A DNA stretch of 64,000 nt from an uncultured Elusimicrobiales bacterium (GTDB lineage Bacteria; Elusimicrobiota; Elusimicrobia; Elusimicrobiales; CAZFMJ01), in NCBI GenBank assembly GCA_964520045.1, contig CAZFMJ010000006.1, positions 1,390 through 65,389 on the forward strand, read 5' to 3'. Both the position numbers and the translations under genes were made by a program. Below are positions 27,831-37,239 of the stretch, in pieces; position 1 is the first letter of the stretch, and each line of letters begins with the position of its first letter. The notes under the pieces are model-generated. The model saw nothing but the letters and a program-made list of their open reading frames with translations, was not told where the DNA came from and searched no databases.

Positions 27831-29182
27831 TTCTTAATGTCCGGCAGAGGGGTCGGGTATTTGCCGGTAAAGCACGCGGTGCAGAAACGGCGCTGCCGGC
27901 CTCCCGCGGCCTTGAGCATATTTTCAAGGCTTAAATAATGAAGCTCATCGGCTCCGAGGAAACGGCGCACTTTTTCAAGGCTTAATCTGCTCGCTATAAG
28001 CTCGTTCCTGCTGGGGGTGTCTATCCCGTAGTAGCAGGGCGATATGATGGGCGGGGAAGATATCGCCATTATAACCCTGCGCGCTCCTATTTTTTTCAGG
28101 CTTTTTATGATTTTTCTGGAAGTCGTTCCGCGCACTATGGAATCGTCTATGAGAACGATGTTCCTGCCCTGTATGACGTCTCTTATCGGCGCAAGTTTAA
28201 GTTCCGCGGTCAGTTCCCGCAGTTCCTGCGTGGGTTTTATAAACGACCTGCCTATGTAATGGTTGCGCATGAATCCCATGCCGAAAGGTATGCCTGAGAC
28301 TTTGGCAAATCCCATGGCGGCCGCAAGGCCCGAGTCGGGAACCGGAACCACGATATCGGCTTTCACGGGCTGCATTTCCTTCGCGAGCAGGCGTCCCATG
28401 TCGTAGCGGCTGGCCTGAACGCTTCGGCCGTTGACTATGGAATCCGGCCTTGAAAAATACACCTGCTCAAATACGCAAACCGCTTTTTTACCGGATGAGC
28501 GGAAGGGTTTGATGCTTTTTATTTTATCTTTTGTGATTACAACCACCTCTCCCGGCTCTATTTCCCTGACAACTTCGCCTTTTACAAGGTCTATGGCGGG
28601 AGTTTCCGAGGCAAGTATAAAAGATTTTCCGAGTTTTCCGAGGACAAGAGGCCTGAATCCAAGCGGGTCGCGGCAGGCTATAATTTTTCCGGGAGCCATG
28701 AATATAAAGGAATATGCTCCGCAGATATTTTTGAGACTTTTTATGATCGCGTTTTCCAGAGGCCCTTTTGAGCGCGCCATGAGGTGGACTATTACCTCGC
28801 TGTCCGTAGAAGACTGAAAAATAGCTCCCTGTTTTTCAAGGCGCCGGCGCAGGCTTTGCGCGTTGACAAGATTGCCGTTATGCGCGATGGCCACGGGTCC
28901 GTGTATATGCTCAAACGCCAGCGGCTGGGCATTTTTAAGATGCGAAACGCCGGCGGTAGAATAGCGCACATGGCCTATGGCGCTTCTTCCCGAAAGCGAA
29001 TTAAGCGCGTCTTCAGTAAATATCTCTGAGACAAGGCCCATGCCAGTGTATGCCAGCAGGGTTTCGCCGGTGTCCGTCACTATTCCGGCTGATTCCTGTC
29101 CTCTGTGCTGGAGCGCGAAAAGCCCCAAGTTGGCAAGCCTTGCGGCATTATGGTGATTTGATACGGCAAATATTCCGCACAT
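27827..29182 (-). CDS. purF: amidophosphoribosyltransferase
   Basis: MCGIFAV Ntn-amidotransferase start; PRTase loop VLIDDSIVRGTT. Confidence 0.95.
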   Translation of the reverse strand: MCGIFAVSNHHNAARLANLGLFALQHRGQESAGIVTDTGETLLAYTGMGLVSEIFTEDALNSLSGRSAIGHVRYSTAGVSHLKNAQPLAFEHIHGPVAIAHNGNLVNAQSLRRRLEKQGAIFQSSTDSEVIVHLMARSKGPLENAIIKSLKNICGAYSFIFMAPGKIIACRDPLGFRPLVLGKLGKSFILASETPAIDLVKGEVVREIEPGEVVVITKDKIKSIKPFRSSGKKAVCVFEQVYFSRPDSIVNGRSVQASRYDMGRLLAKEMQPVKADIVVPVPDSGLAAAMGFAKVSGIPFGMGFMRNHYIGRSFIKPTQELRELTAELKLAPIRDVIQGRNIVLIDDSIVRGTTSRKIIKSLKKIGARRVIMAISSPPIISPCYYGIDTPSRNELIASRLSLEKVRRFLGADELHYLSLENMLKAAGGRQRRFCTACFTGKYPTPLPDIKK

Positions 29183-29285
29183 ATATAAAAAATTCTAGCA
29201 ACTAAAATGCAAATAGACAAATCAGAACTACGCGGACAAATAATAACCTATTTTATTTTGAATAGATTTTCCAACGGAGAGAAGA

Positions 29286-30524
29286 TTATTTGGGAGTATA
29301 CAATCGGACCATGCTTTGGAAGCTTAGATTCCTGACAGCTTTAAAAGCGTCTATAATACCGGCGCCTTGTAAATTTCGTTCTAGTTTTGGTAATGGCGCA
29401 GCTGCATTTACCAATGCTTGACGCACTGCGGACGGCTCGTATATGCCTGCAGCTATTACCATGGCCGCGATCCCTGCTACATGCGGAGCGGCAAAAGATG
29501 TTCCATTACCCAGATCATACCAGTCACCGACCGCTGTGGAAATTATTCTATTTCCGGGAGCTATAAGAGCTATTTGCGGCCCCGACCGTCCGGTAAAAAA
29601 TTCGCCGGCTTCTGATGAATCCATAGCATTAACCGCAATTGTTTCACCATATCCTGCGGGATAAGCAACAGCTTTGGTCCCGTTGCCGTTGCCTGGCGCG
29701 CATATCATCGTGATGCCTGCTTTGTAGGCTGTTTTTACAGCAAGTTCCATGACTTCGATGGGTTGTTCTGAACCGAAGCTCATGTTAATTACCTGTATTT
29801 TTTGCTTAATACACCAATCTATTGCGGCAGCAAAATCAGCGTCGGCAAAGTCGCCTGTTTTATCTACGGCTTTTACAATATAAAGTTTTATTTTCGGAGC
29901 AACTCCGACAACACCTTTCCCGTCCTGTATGGCGGCAATAACGCCTGCTACTTTGGTCCCATGGCCATTATCATCTAAAGGCGGTTGATCCGGATGTATG
30001 GCATTATACGTGCCTGCAATATTTGGCGATAACTCGCGATGCGTAATGTCAGCGCCCGTATCGATTACGGCGACCTTAATATCATTACCCCGTGTTACAG
30101 TCCACGCCTGGCGGACATTCAATCTGTCGATGCCCCACATTTTTTCGCCGAGCCTCGCGGCATATTCCTCTCGCGTTAAAGGTGCGCTTGCGGCTGAATG
30201 CGAATTTTGTTCCGCAAATAATCCTTGCCTTTGTTTATTAGGGTATATTCTGCCTATTTCGCGTAAGGATGATTTTGGAGTTTTTATGTCTTCAGATTGC
30301 GCGAACAACACATTGATATCTGAAACGGGGAATTCCACTACCACGGCTGTTATGTAGTCAAACTTACGAATGATTCGCCCGCCTTGTTTTTCAATGTTGT
30401 TGTATACGGTTTCTCTTGGAGTGGTTTCGTCAAATATGATTATCTGCTGTATCGCATAGGCTTTAGTAAAACCGGTAAAAATGATCACATGTAACATCAG
30501 CAGCCAAAATATAATCTTTTTCAT
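29286..30524 (-). CDS. secreted S8 subtilisin-family serine protease with propeptide
   Basis: Signal peptide, then catalytic D (VAVIDTGAD), H (HGTKVAGVIAA) and S (GTSFAAPHVAGIAA). Confidence 0.9.
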   Translation of the reverse strand: MKKIIFWLLMLHVIIFTGFTKAYAIQQIIIFDETTPRETVYNNIEKQGGRIIRKFDYITAVVVEFPVSDINVLFAQSEDIKTPKSSLREIGRIYPNKQRQGLFAEQNSHSAASAPLTREEYAARLGEKMWGIDRLNVRQAWTVTRGNDIKVAVIDTGADITHRELSPNIAGTYNAIHPDQPPLDDNGHGTKVAGVIAAIQDGKGVVGVAPKIKLYIVKAVDKTGDFADADFAAAIDWCIKQKIQVINMSFGSEQPIEVMELAVKTAYKAGITMICAPGNGNGTKAVAYPAGYGETIAVNAMDSSEAGEFFTGRSGPQIALIAPGNRIISTAVGDWYDLGNGTSFAAPHVAGIAAMVIAAGIYEPSAVRQALVNAAAPLPKLERNLQGAGIIDAFKAVRNLSFQSMVRLYTPK

Positions 30525-30527
30525 TTT

Positions 30528-31004
30528 TTAAAGTTGAATTTCCGCTTTTGCAACATATATAAATTCCAGGCGACTAATTCTTGGTTCACCCAAAGACTTA
30601 TATATGCTTTTTTTGACATCTATCAATGCTCCGCCGGTCCCGTTTATTTTTTGGCGTATTGTTAATGTATAAGCATCGGCTTCTTCCTCCGTCATAGCTT
30701 CGGCATAGGGAAACTCTTTGGTGGAAATAGTCAGCCACTTGAAATCCTCAGGAGCGCGAATAGTCAATTCCACCCAGCAGACTCCTTCCTCCGGCAATGC
30801 TCCGGCGTCGCATTTTATAGTTCGGGATTGAGCTCTAATCTTGGCGCACAGTTCCTTGCCTATGATTTCAATCGATTCGGGAGAGGAGTCTAACCCGAAA
30901 GGTATGTAGGTGAATGTTTTTGATAAAGTGTTGCCTATTGATTGGGCGGCGGCATTGGACACGCTCATCGCTAGTAACAAGGTAAACATAATTGGTAATT
31001 TCAT
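30528..31004 (-). CDS. hypothetical secreted protein, 3 nt upstream of the S8 protease gene
   Basis: Signal peptide MKLPIMFTLLLAMSVSNAAA. No known domain recognised. Confidence 0.5.
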   Translation of the reverse strand: MKLPIMFTLLLAMSVSNAAAQSIGNTLSKTFTYIPFGLDSSPESIEIIGKELCAKIRAQSRTIKCDAGALPEEGVCWVELTIRAPEDFKWLTISTKEFPYAEAMTEEEADAYTLTIRQKINGTGGALIDVKKSIYKSLGEPRISRLEFIYVAKAEIQL

Positions 31005-31061
31005 CGTATTTCCCCCAGTCTATTATTTGGTTTTAATAGCTTTACAATCGCTATATTTTTA

Positions 31062-31505
31062 TCAACGGGCGCACATAAATATGGCTTCTATCCTTTCAAA
31101 GCCCTGATCGCGAGCCTTGCGGTAGCAGTCCACGGGCTTTGTGCCTCTGGCTCTGCGGCATAAATCGATTGCTTCATCTCTATCCAGCTGATATGTAACC
31201 ATATTGCGCGCAGCCTTGTAGCAAACCACAGGCCCTGTTCCGCGGGCGCCCCGGCATAAATCCATTGCCTGTTCCCGATCCAACTGGTAGGTAATCATGT
31301 CGCGCGCTGCTTTGTAACAAGCCATTGCGTCACTGCCGTCATTTTCCGAGCGCATAGCTTCTATACATGGGCTGGGAACAGGTTCGGCGGGAACTTCCTG
31401 AGCCGGAAACATTGAGGCAGATAGTGAAAACTCAGGTAATCCTGAGGCATCCGCTCTAATAGCCATTGCGGCTAGAATTCCAAACAGCGATATTGTTTTT
31501 CTCAT
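31062..31505 (-). CDS. small secreted protein with tandem ~34-aa Cys-containing repeats
   Basis: CYKAARDMITYQLDREQAMDLCRGARGTGPV / CYKAARNMVTYQLDRDEAIDLCRRARGTKPV / CYRKARDQGFERIEAIFMCAR after a signal peptide. Confidence 0.6.
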   Translation of the reverse strand: MRKTISLFGILAAMAIRADASGLPEFSLSASMFPAQEVPAEPVPSPCIEAMRSENDGSDAMACYKAARDMITYQLDREQAMDLCRGARGTGPVVCYKAARNMVTYQLDRDEAIDLCRRARGTKPVDCYRKARDQGFERIEAIFMCAR

Positions 31506-31712
31506 TTTATTCTCCTAATTTATAGACCTACAACCTATCGCCATAAATCATATCACGAAACCCGTTTTCCCGCATGGGCATTCGGGGTAGATTTTTCCGG
31601 GCATTCGGCCTAGGGGAAATCCGGGCTTTAGGCCCATATTTTTTATAGGACTTAAGGCACTGTCCGGATGCCGAACCACCTGTTAAACTATTAGTGCAAG
31701 GGGCGGGGTGAT

Positions 31713-32771
31713 ATGAACTCAAAACTAATTACGTTATCATTGGTCATAACAGCCTTTCTTACTTTCCCGGCTAATTCCGGTGCCGATGACCGATTAACAA
31801 ATATTGCTTCGCAATTGGGAGCCGATCCTTCCATAACCGGCAGTATCCCGGAACCGGCTGCCGTTCCTGCCGATATACAGCGCGGTGAAACCGGCGGAAA
31901 ACGCATGTCGGCCGAGACTATCAGCGCTGAATTCGGCGTTACCTTAAAAGACGGCGCGAGCGATTGGCAAACCTCGGAGCTTGAAGCTGTTTACGGGCTT
32001 TTCAAAAGTCTGCGCCTGTCCAAGGATTTTTTGCGGAAACTGGAGCTGAAATATATAGTCAGGCAGACTTTCAAGCCGGGCGTAATAATGGCCGCGTTGT
32101 ATGTGAATGATAAGCCCGGGGATAAATATCTGGAAGTCTTCGACTTCCTCTATAAAGGCAATTTTGCCGATTTCCCGCCGGCAAGCCGGCCCGGCAGGCG
32201 GCTGCAGGAGGCGCTGGCGCACGAGATAGGGCACGCATGGCAGGAACACTTCACCGATTATAATGCCGACGGCGATTACCGCTTTGCCGGGCAGTCCGTC
32301 ATAAACCGCAGATTATCGGAAGATGCGGAATTTAAAAAAGTGTACGGCCTTATTTATGCCAGGAATAAAATCCGGCTTGAAGACGTTCCCGAAAACCAGA
32401 AAATTGATTTGATAAATTCCGTTCTGCAGGACGCGTCTCCGCGGGAAAAAACCGCTCTGCTTAAGGGACTGCTTTCGGAACGCAATCTTGAATCCTGCGG
32501 GAAAATAAATGATTTTGCGCGGATATCCGGCTGGAAGGGAGTCAATAAGCTGACCGGAGAAACGGCTGATTTTAACAAAGATAGTCTTGACGGATTGTTT
32601 TTTCAGAACGCAAAACCCTCCGCGCAGATGCTTTCGTCTGAAGCGGAACGCGCTCCCACCGAGGATTTTGCCGAAAGTGTAAGATATTATGTCTTTTATC
32701 CTGAACAGCTCCGCATGCACAGCCTTGAAAAATACAATTACATCAAACAGCGCGTATTTAACGGGCGCTAA
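31713..32771 (+). CDS. secreted putative zinc metallopeptidase (HEXXH)
   Basis: Signal peptide plus EALAHEIGHAWQEH. Family not recognised. Confidence 0.55.
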   Translation: MNSKLITLSLVITAFLTFPANSGADDRLTNIASQLGADPSITGSIPEPAAVPADIQRGETGGKRMSAETISAEFGVTLKDGASDWQTSELEAVYGLFKSLRLSKDFLRKLELKYIVRQTFKPGVIMAALYVNDKPGDKYLEVFDFLYKGNFADFPPASRPGRRLQEALAHEIGHAWQEHFTDYNADGDYRFAGQSVINRRLSEDAEFKKVYGLIYARNKIRLEDVPENQKIDLINSVLQDASPREKTALLKGLLSERNLESCGKINDFARISGWKGVNKLTGETADFNKDSLDGLFFQNAKPSAQMLSSEAERAPTEDFAESVRYYVFYPEQLRMHSLEKYNYIKQRVFNGR

Positions 32772-32940
32772 GTCTTAGGAAGGCTTTGTTTAACTGCGCG
32801 CCTGAAGGCAGACCTTTCCGGACATTTGACCTGCTTGAAATTAAGAAAAAAACCCCATACTGTCGTAATAGGCCGAATAGTCCGGAAATATTACCCTTAA
32901 TGCCCATGCGGAAAAAGTAAAACTGCTCTATAATATTGTT

Positions 32941-34221
32941 ATGAAAAGGCGTAAAATCATTCGTTTTACGGCAGTGGCCGCGCTTTGCGTCTGCAGCGCA
33001 TTCTGCGTTCCTCGGGCGCATGCCGACAGCGGGTCTTTGCCTAATCTAAACGTTTCATCAGAGATCAAAGACTGGACCATAATGATATTTATGAACGGAA
33101 AATCCAGCGATTTGCAGGGATACGCGCTGAAAGATATCAACGAAATGGAGGCGATAGGCCCTGCTAAGCGGATGAACGTGGTTGTGCAGGTCAGCCGCAT
33201 AGCGCAGCTGCCTAACCCGATGAATCCGGCCCCTGTTGACCGGTTTTATGAAAATTGGTCCGGAACGAGGCGGTATGAGATACAAAAAGATGAAATGTCT
33301 TATCGGGTAACTTCGCCGCTCAGGCAGGACATGGGCAGGAATGTCGATATGGGCAATTGGACAAATCTGGCTGATTTCGGCAGCTGGGCTAAGGCAAATT
33401 ATCCGGCCAAAAGATACATGCTTATCGTATGGAACCATGGCGACGGGTGGCGCAATGAAAAACCCCAAAAATCTAAATTTGAAAAAAGCAAGGCTATTTC
33501 AGAAGATCCGGAAAGCGGGAACTACATCTCAACCAATGAGCTTGCCTCGGCTCTCGGGCAAATGGGCGGAGTAGATGTATATGCAAGCGATGCATGCCTG
33601 ATGCAGACTATTGAAGTCGCATACGGCTTGAAAAATTACGCCTCGGTTATAACCGGCTCCGAAGCTAATGAGCCCGGAGACGGCTATGCTTATGATGTTT
33701 TTTTCCGCGCGCTTAAAACCCATTCCAAACCGTCTCCGGAAGCGATGGCCTACTACGCCGTTATGAGCTACAGAAAATTTTATTCCGGAACACATGCGAC
33801 ACAATCAGCCGTGCGGGGCGGCCGGGCAATGGAAGAGTTTAGGGGCATATTGGATGACTGGGCCGATGAAGCTATAAAAAGCGGTGAAGCCAAAATATTA
33901 AAGGAAATAAAAGCCCGTACCAAAAGTTTCGATGATTTTGAAATGAAGGACGTCATACACTTCCTTGAATTGGTAAAAGATATTCCTTATAATCCCGCGC
34001 TTGAACCGCTTAAAGCCAAGAGCCGCGATGCCGTCAACTATTTCTACGGGAACGTGCTTATTTTAAACGGCGTTCCGCCAGGACAAATTCCCGATGCGCA
34101 CGGCATGACAATTTATCTGCCTGAAAATGAAAACACGTTTGACCCCAATTATAAGCGTCTTGCCTGGGCGCAAGAAAGCAAATGGGATGAATTTATTGAA
34201 TGGCTCCTGAAAAAAAGATAA
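32941..34221 (+). CDS. secreted clostripain-like cysteine peptidase (C11 family)
   Basis: Signal peptide; LIVWNHGDGW (catalytic His-Gly) and YASDACLMQ (catalytic Cys) at the C11 spacing. Confidence 0.8.
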   Translation: MKRRKIIRFTAVAALCVCSAFCVPRAHADSGSLPNLNVSSEIKDWTIMIFMNGKSSDLQGYALKDINEMEAIGPAKRMNVVVQVSRIAQLPNPMNPAPVDRFYENWSGTRRYEIQKDEMSYRVTSPLRQDMGRNVDMGNWTNLADFGSWAKANYPAKRYMLIVWNHGDGWRNEKPQKSKFEKSKAISEDPESGNYISTNELASALGQMGGVDVYASDACLMQTIEVAYGLKNYASVITGSEANEPGDGYAYDVFFRALKTHSKPSPEAMAYYAVMSYRKFYSGTHATQSAVRGGRAMEEFRGILDDWADEAIKSGEAKILKEIKARTKSFDDFEMKDVIHFLELVKDIPYNPALEPLKAKSRDAVNYFYGNVLILNGVPPGQIPDAHGMTIYLPENENTFDPNYKRLAWAQESKWDEFIEWLLKKR

Positions 34222-34264
34222 TGTTGTAAAATATGCGGAAATAAAGACTGGGGATGAACCGGAA

Positions 34265-35212
34265 ATGAAAACTATAATAATCTGCGTGTTTTTTGGAATA
34301 AGCGTTTTATCCGGAAGTTTAAATGCCGCGGAGACGGCGGCGGACGCCGATTTACTGAGACAGCTTGCGGTCATAGAGCTTAACGAGGAGGCATTCCAGA
34401 CACAGCCTGCTGTTTCACGGCTACCGCCCGGAGTGGGGCTTCTGGACGGAAAAATCGTTTATGAAAAGGTCTCGCAGATTTTAAAAAGCTCTGGAGTTCC
34501 GCAGGGCTATGTTGATTCGATTTTTAAGGACTCCCGTCTGGCTGTGATAGAAAAAACTTTGGAAGCGATACACAAGCCCGCCGAATCCCTGCCGTATGAG
34601 GAATACAGGAAAAGGCTTATAACCGAAAAGCGGATAAACGACGGGGTTCAGTTTTACAATATCAATAAACAGGTGCTGTTCGGGGCCGCGCAAAGCAAAG
34701 GCATTGATCCTTTGATACTGCTGAGCATAACGGGCATAGAAAGCAGTTTCGGCCAGAACAGGGGCGCGTATATAGTCACGAACGCTCTTTATACCTTAAG
34801 CAGAATGACGTCCGAGAGCCGGCCTGATCTGGCAAAAAAATGGCAGGAGCGCGGCCCCAGAGATTTGGCGGCGTTTATCAAATATGCGCATAAAATGGGA
34901 TTTGATCCGTTCGGCATTACCGGTTCCTATGCCGGAGCCTTCGGCTTTTGCCAGTTTATGCCTTTAAGCGTGGAAGTTTATGCCGTGGATTTTAACAATG
35001 ACGGAATAATAGATCTATATAATTGGGCTGATGTTTTCGGCAGTATCGCGAATTATCTGGCCAAAAGCGGTTATAAGCCCGACAGCGCTGATTATTCTCC
35101 CGGCGGAGACATCTGGAAAGCCATATATGCTTACAACCACTACGAAAATTATGTAAAGGTTATTCTGGATTTAAGGCTTGAAATTAAAAAGAAAGTGGAA
35201 GCAGCGCCATAA
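34265..35212 (+). CDS. lytic murein transglycosylase (MltB/SLT_2-like)
   Basis: Signal peptide; ITGIESSFGQ catalytic Glu block; GSYAGAFGFCQFMP. Confidence 0.8.
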   Translation: MKTIIICVFFGISVLSGSLNAAETAADADLLRQLAVIELNEEAFQTQPAVSRLPPGVGLLDGKIVYEKVSQILKSSGVPQGYVDSIFKDSRLAVIEKTLEAIHKPAESLPYEEYRKRLITEKRINDGVQFYNINKQVLFGAAQSKGIDPLILLSITGIESSFGQNRGAYIVTNALYTLSRMTSESRPDLAKKWQERGPRDLAAFIKYAHKMGFDPFGITGSYAGAFGFCQFMPLSVEVYAVDFNNDGIIDLYNWADVFGSIANYLAKSGYKPDSADYSPGGDIWKAIYAYNHYENYVKVILDLRLEIKKKVEAAP

Positions 35213-35220
35213 AATCGGGC

Positions 35221-36315
35221 ATGATAAATAAAATGTCAGGCAAAAATTGGATATTGGCAGGATGCGTGATTATTGCCGGTATAATAGCCGGCGGCAGATA
35301 TGTTTTAACCAGTTATCACAATAATGATATCAAGGACGCGCTGAATGACACTGAATGGGCAAAACCAATAACCAAAATATCTGATAATACTGATGTTCCG
35401 CCGGTTCCCGCTCCCAGCCCGAGTCCAAACACGAAAGAGCCTGATACAAGTGAGCTTCTTCGTTCTTTACTTGAACCGCAGATTATCGCCAGGCCTCCGT
35501 GCATACAAGAACCAGAACACATAGATTTACAATGTCAATTTCCGACAGAATCAACTGACCAGCACGATGTGGGTTCGTGTCATGCCTTTGCCGCCATAGC
35601 TCTTATGGAGGCCGCATACTTCAGGCAATACGGCGAACATGTAAAATTTTCAGAAGCGGATTTGTTGGTGAGAAATACCATATTAACACCGCTGTATTAT
35701 CATAAATATAACATTCAATCGGACGTTGAAGTATTTGAAGGCAATCGTATTTTCGGCGATATTGGAGGTATGCTTAAAAACGGCGTATCACGGCAAAAAA
35801 CTTATGAAGAATTTATGATTCATTACCCCAAATACCGCAACGATGAAATAGCAATGTTGTCTTGGCTGAAAAGCCAGCCTGCTATTATGCGTTGGTTTGT
35901 CAATCCTGCCAAGGCAATGGAATACACCAAAAATGACAGGCAGATGCAGTTATTAGGCAAAAAATTTGATTATGAGCGGCACGAATTTAAAGAAAAAATA
36001 AAAAATTTTGAAATAAAAATTACAACTTATGCTGCTTATTCGCTGGATAACCTAACTCGCGAACAATGTAAAGCGGCAGGCATTAAACAAAAAAACTTTA
36101 TTATTTCTGAATTAAAAGCCGGCAGACCTGTGGTAATTGGCTATGTCGCATTAGAGGGGGAGCATGGGGTAGTTATAGATGGCATGAGGAAAGTTGCTAA
36201 CTTAACGTACTTCACTTTGCGAAACTCAAATAAGGTAGATAAATATCTCCAAGATACTGAATTTTGCACAATATGTGAAATTACTTCTCTTATCACACCG
36301 TCGGATAAAAAATAG
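35221..36315 (+). CDS. membrane-anchored papain-like (C1-like) cysteine peptidase
   Basis: N-terminal TM helix; QHDVGSCHAFAAIALMEAAYF matches the Q...GSCWAF nucleophile block; a later EGEHGVVIDG is the candidate His. Confidence 0.6.
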   Translation: MINKMSGKNWILAGCVIIAGIIAGGRYVLTSYHNNDIKDALNDTEWAKPITKISDNTDVPPVPAPSPSPNTKEPDTSELLRSLLEPQIIARPPCIQEPEHIDLQCQFPTESTDQHDVGSCHAFAAIALMEAAYFRQYGEHVKFSEADLLVRNTILTPLYYHKYNIQSDVEVFEGNRIFGDIGGMLKNGVSRQKTYEEFMIHYPKYRNDEIAMLSWLKSQPAIMRWFVNPAKAMEYTKNDRQMQLLGKKFDYERHEFKEKIKNFEIKITTYAAYSLDNLTREQCKAAGIKQKNFIISELKAGRPVVIGYVALEGEHGVVIDGMRKVANLTYFTLRNSNKVDKYLQDTEFCTICEITSLITPSDKK

Positions 36316-37059
36316 TTATTTGCAGTATTTCACGGTATTTCTGAAAAATTCCAAACCTATTGCGGAGGAATCCGAATCCTTCCTTGTCCAGGAAGGATGA
36401 TGGTATTTTGAGGCGTTTCTTTCAGGATGGGGCATGAGTCCGAAGCAGTTCCCCGTCTCATTGCATATTCCGGCTATGTCGCATACGGAGCCGTTGGGAT
36501 TGTCCGTATATTGAAGTGCTATTCCTCCCGCCCGCGTTATTTTTTGAAGAGTCCGCTTTGAATCCGTTATGAATTTTCCTTCTCCGTGCGCGATGGGCAG
36601 TTCTATGAATTCAGGCAGGCCTTTTGTAAACAGGCAGGGACTGTTTTTGTTTACCTTAAGTTTCACCCATTTTGCCAGAAAATGTCCGCAGTCGTTAAAG
36701 GCAAGGCTTGCGCTCTGTTTGAAATCATCGGCATAAGGAAGCATTCCTGTTTTTACCAAAACCTGAAAGCCGTTGCATATCCCTATCACGGGCCTGCCGC
36801 TTTTTATGAATTCCGGCAAATCTTTAAGATGGCGCGTCACCTGATTGGCGAGAATTTTCCCCGCGGCGATGTCGTCTCCGTAGGAGAATCCTCCCGGAAA
36901 CGCGAGTATGGAATAATCAAGAAGTTTTACATCTCCTGAAATCAGGGATTTTATATGAATACGCTCGGGCGCTCCGCCCGCAGTTTTGAATGCGTTTTCC
37001 GTTTCAATGTCGCAGTTCGTGCCCGCCGTTCGGATTATTAAAACCTTAGGTTTTTTCAT
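36316..37059 (-). CDS. purQ: FGAM synthase glutaminase subunit
   Basis: GICNGFQVL nucleophile elbow and MPHPER; about 247 aa. Confidence 0.9.
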   Translation of the reverse strand: MKKPKVLIIRTAGTNCDIETENAFKTAGGAPERIHIKSLISGDVKLLDYSILAFPGGFSYGDDIAAGKILANQVTRHLKDLPEFIKSGRPVIGICNGFQVLVKTGMLPYADDFKQSASLAFNDCGHFLAKWVKLKVNKNSPCLFTKGLPEFIELPIAHGEGKFITDSKRTLQKITRAGGIALQYTDNPNGSVCDIAGICNETGNCFGLMPHPERNASKYHHPSWTRKDSDSSAIGLEFFRNTVKYCK

Positions 37060-37112
37060 AACTATGGTGCTATCATCTCATGGTATAGAACTATGGGTAA
37101 AATGAGTTAAAG

Positions 37113-37210
37113 TTTCCTCCCCCCTTGCGGGGGAGGAATAAGGTGGGGGGAGGTTTTCCATTCCACACTGTCCCCCCATCCCAACCTTCCCCCGCAAGGG
37201 GGGAAGGAAT
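37113..37210. repeat. inverted pair of GC-rich GNRA-loop hairpin repeats (REP-like)
   Basis: ttcctccccccttgcgggggaggaa and ccttcccccgcaaggggggaagg (GCAA loop), each with a flanking CCCCCCAYC box, in opposite orientations. Confidence 0.7.
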
Positions 37211-37239
37211 CTATATGTATTTTTTCACGACAAACTCTG

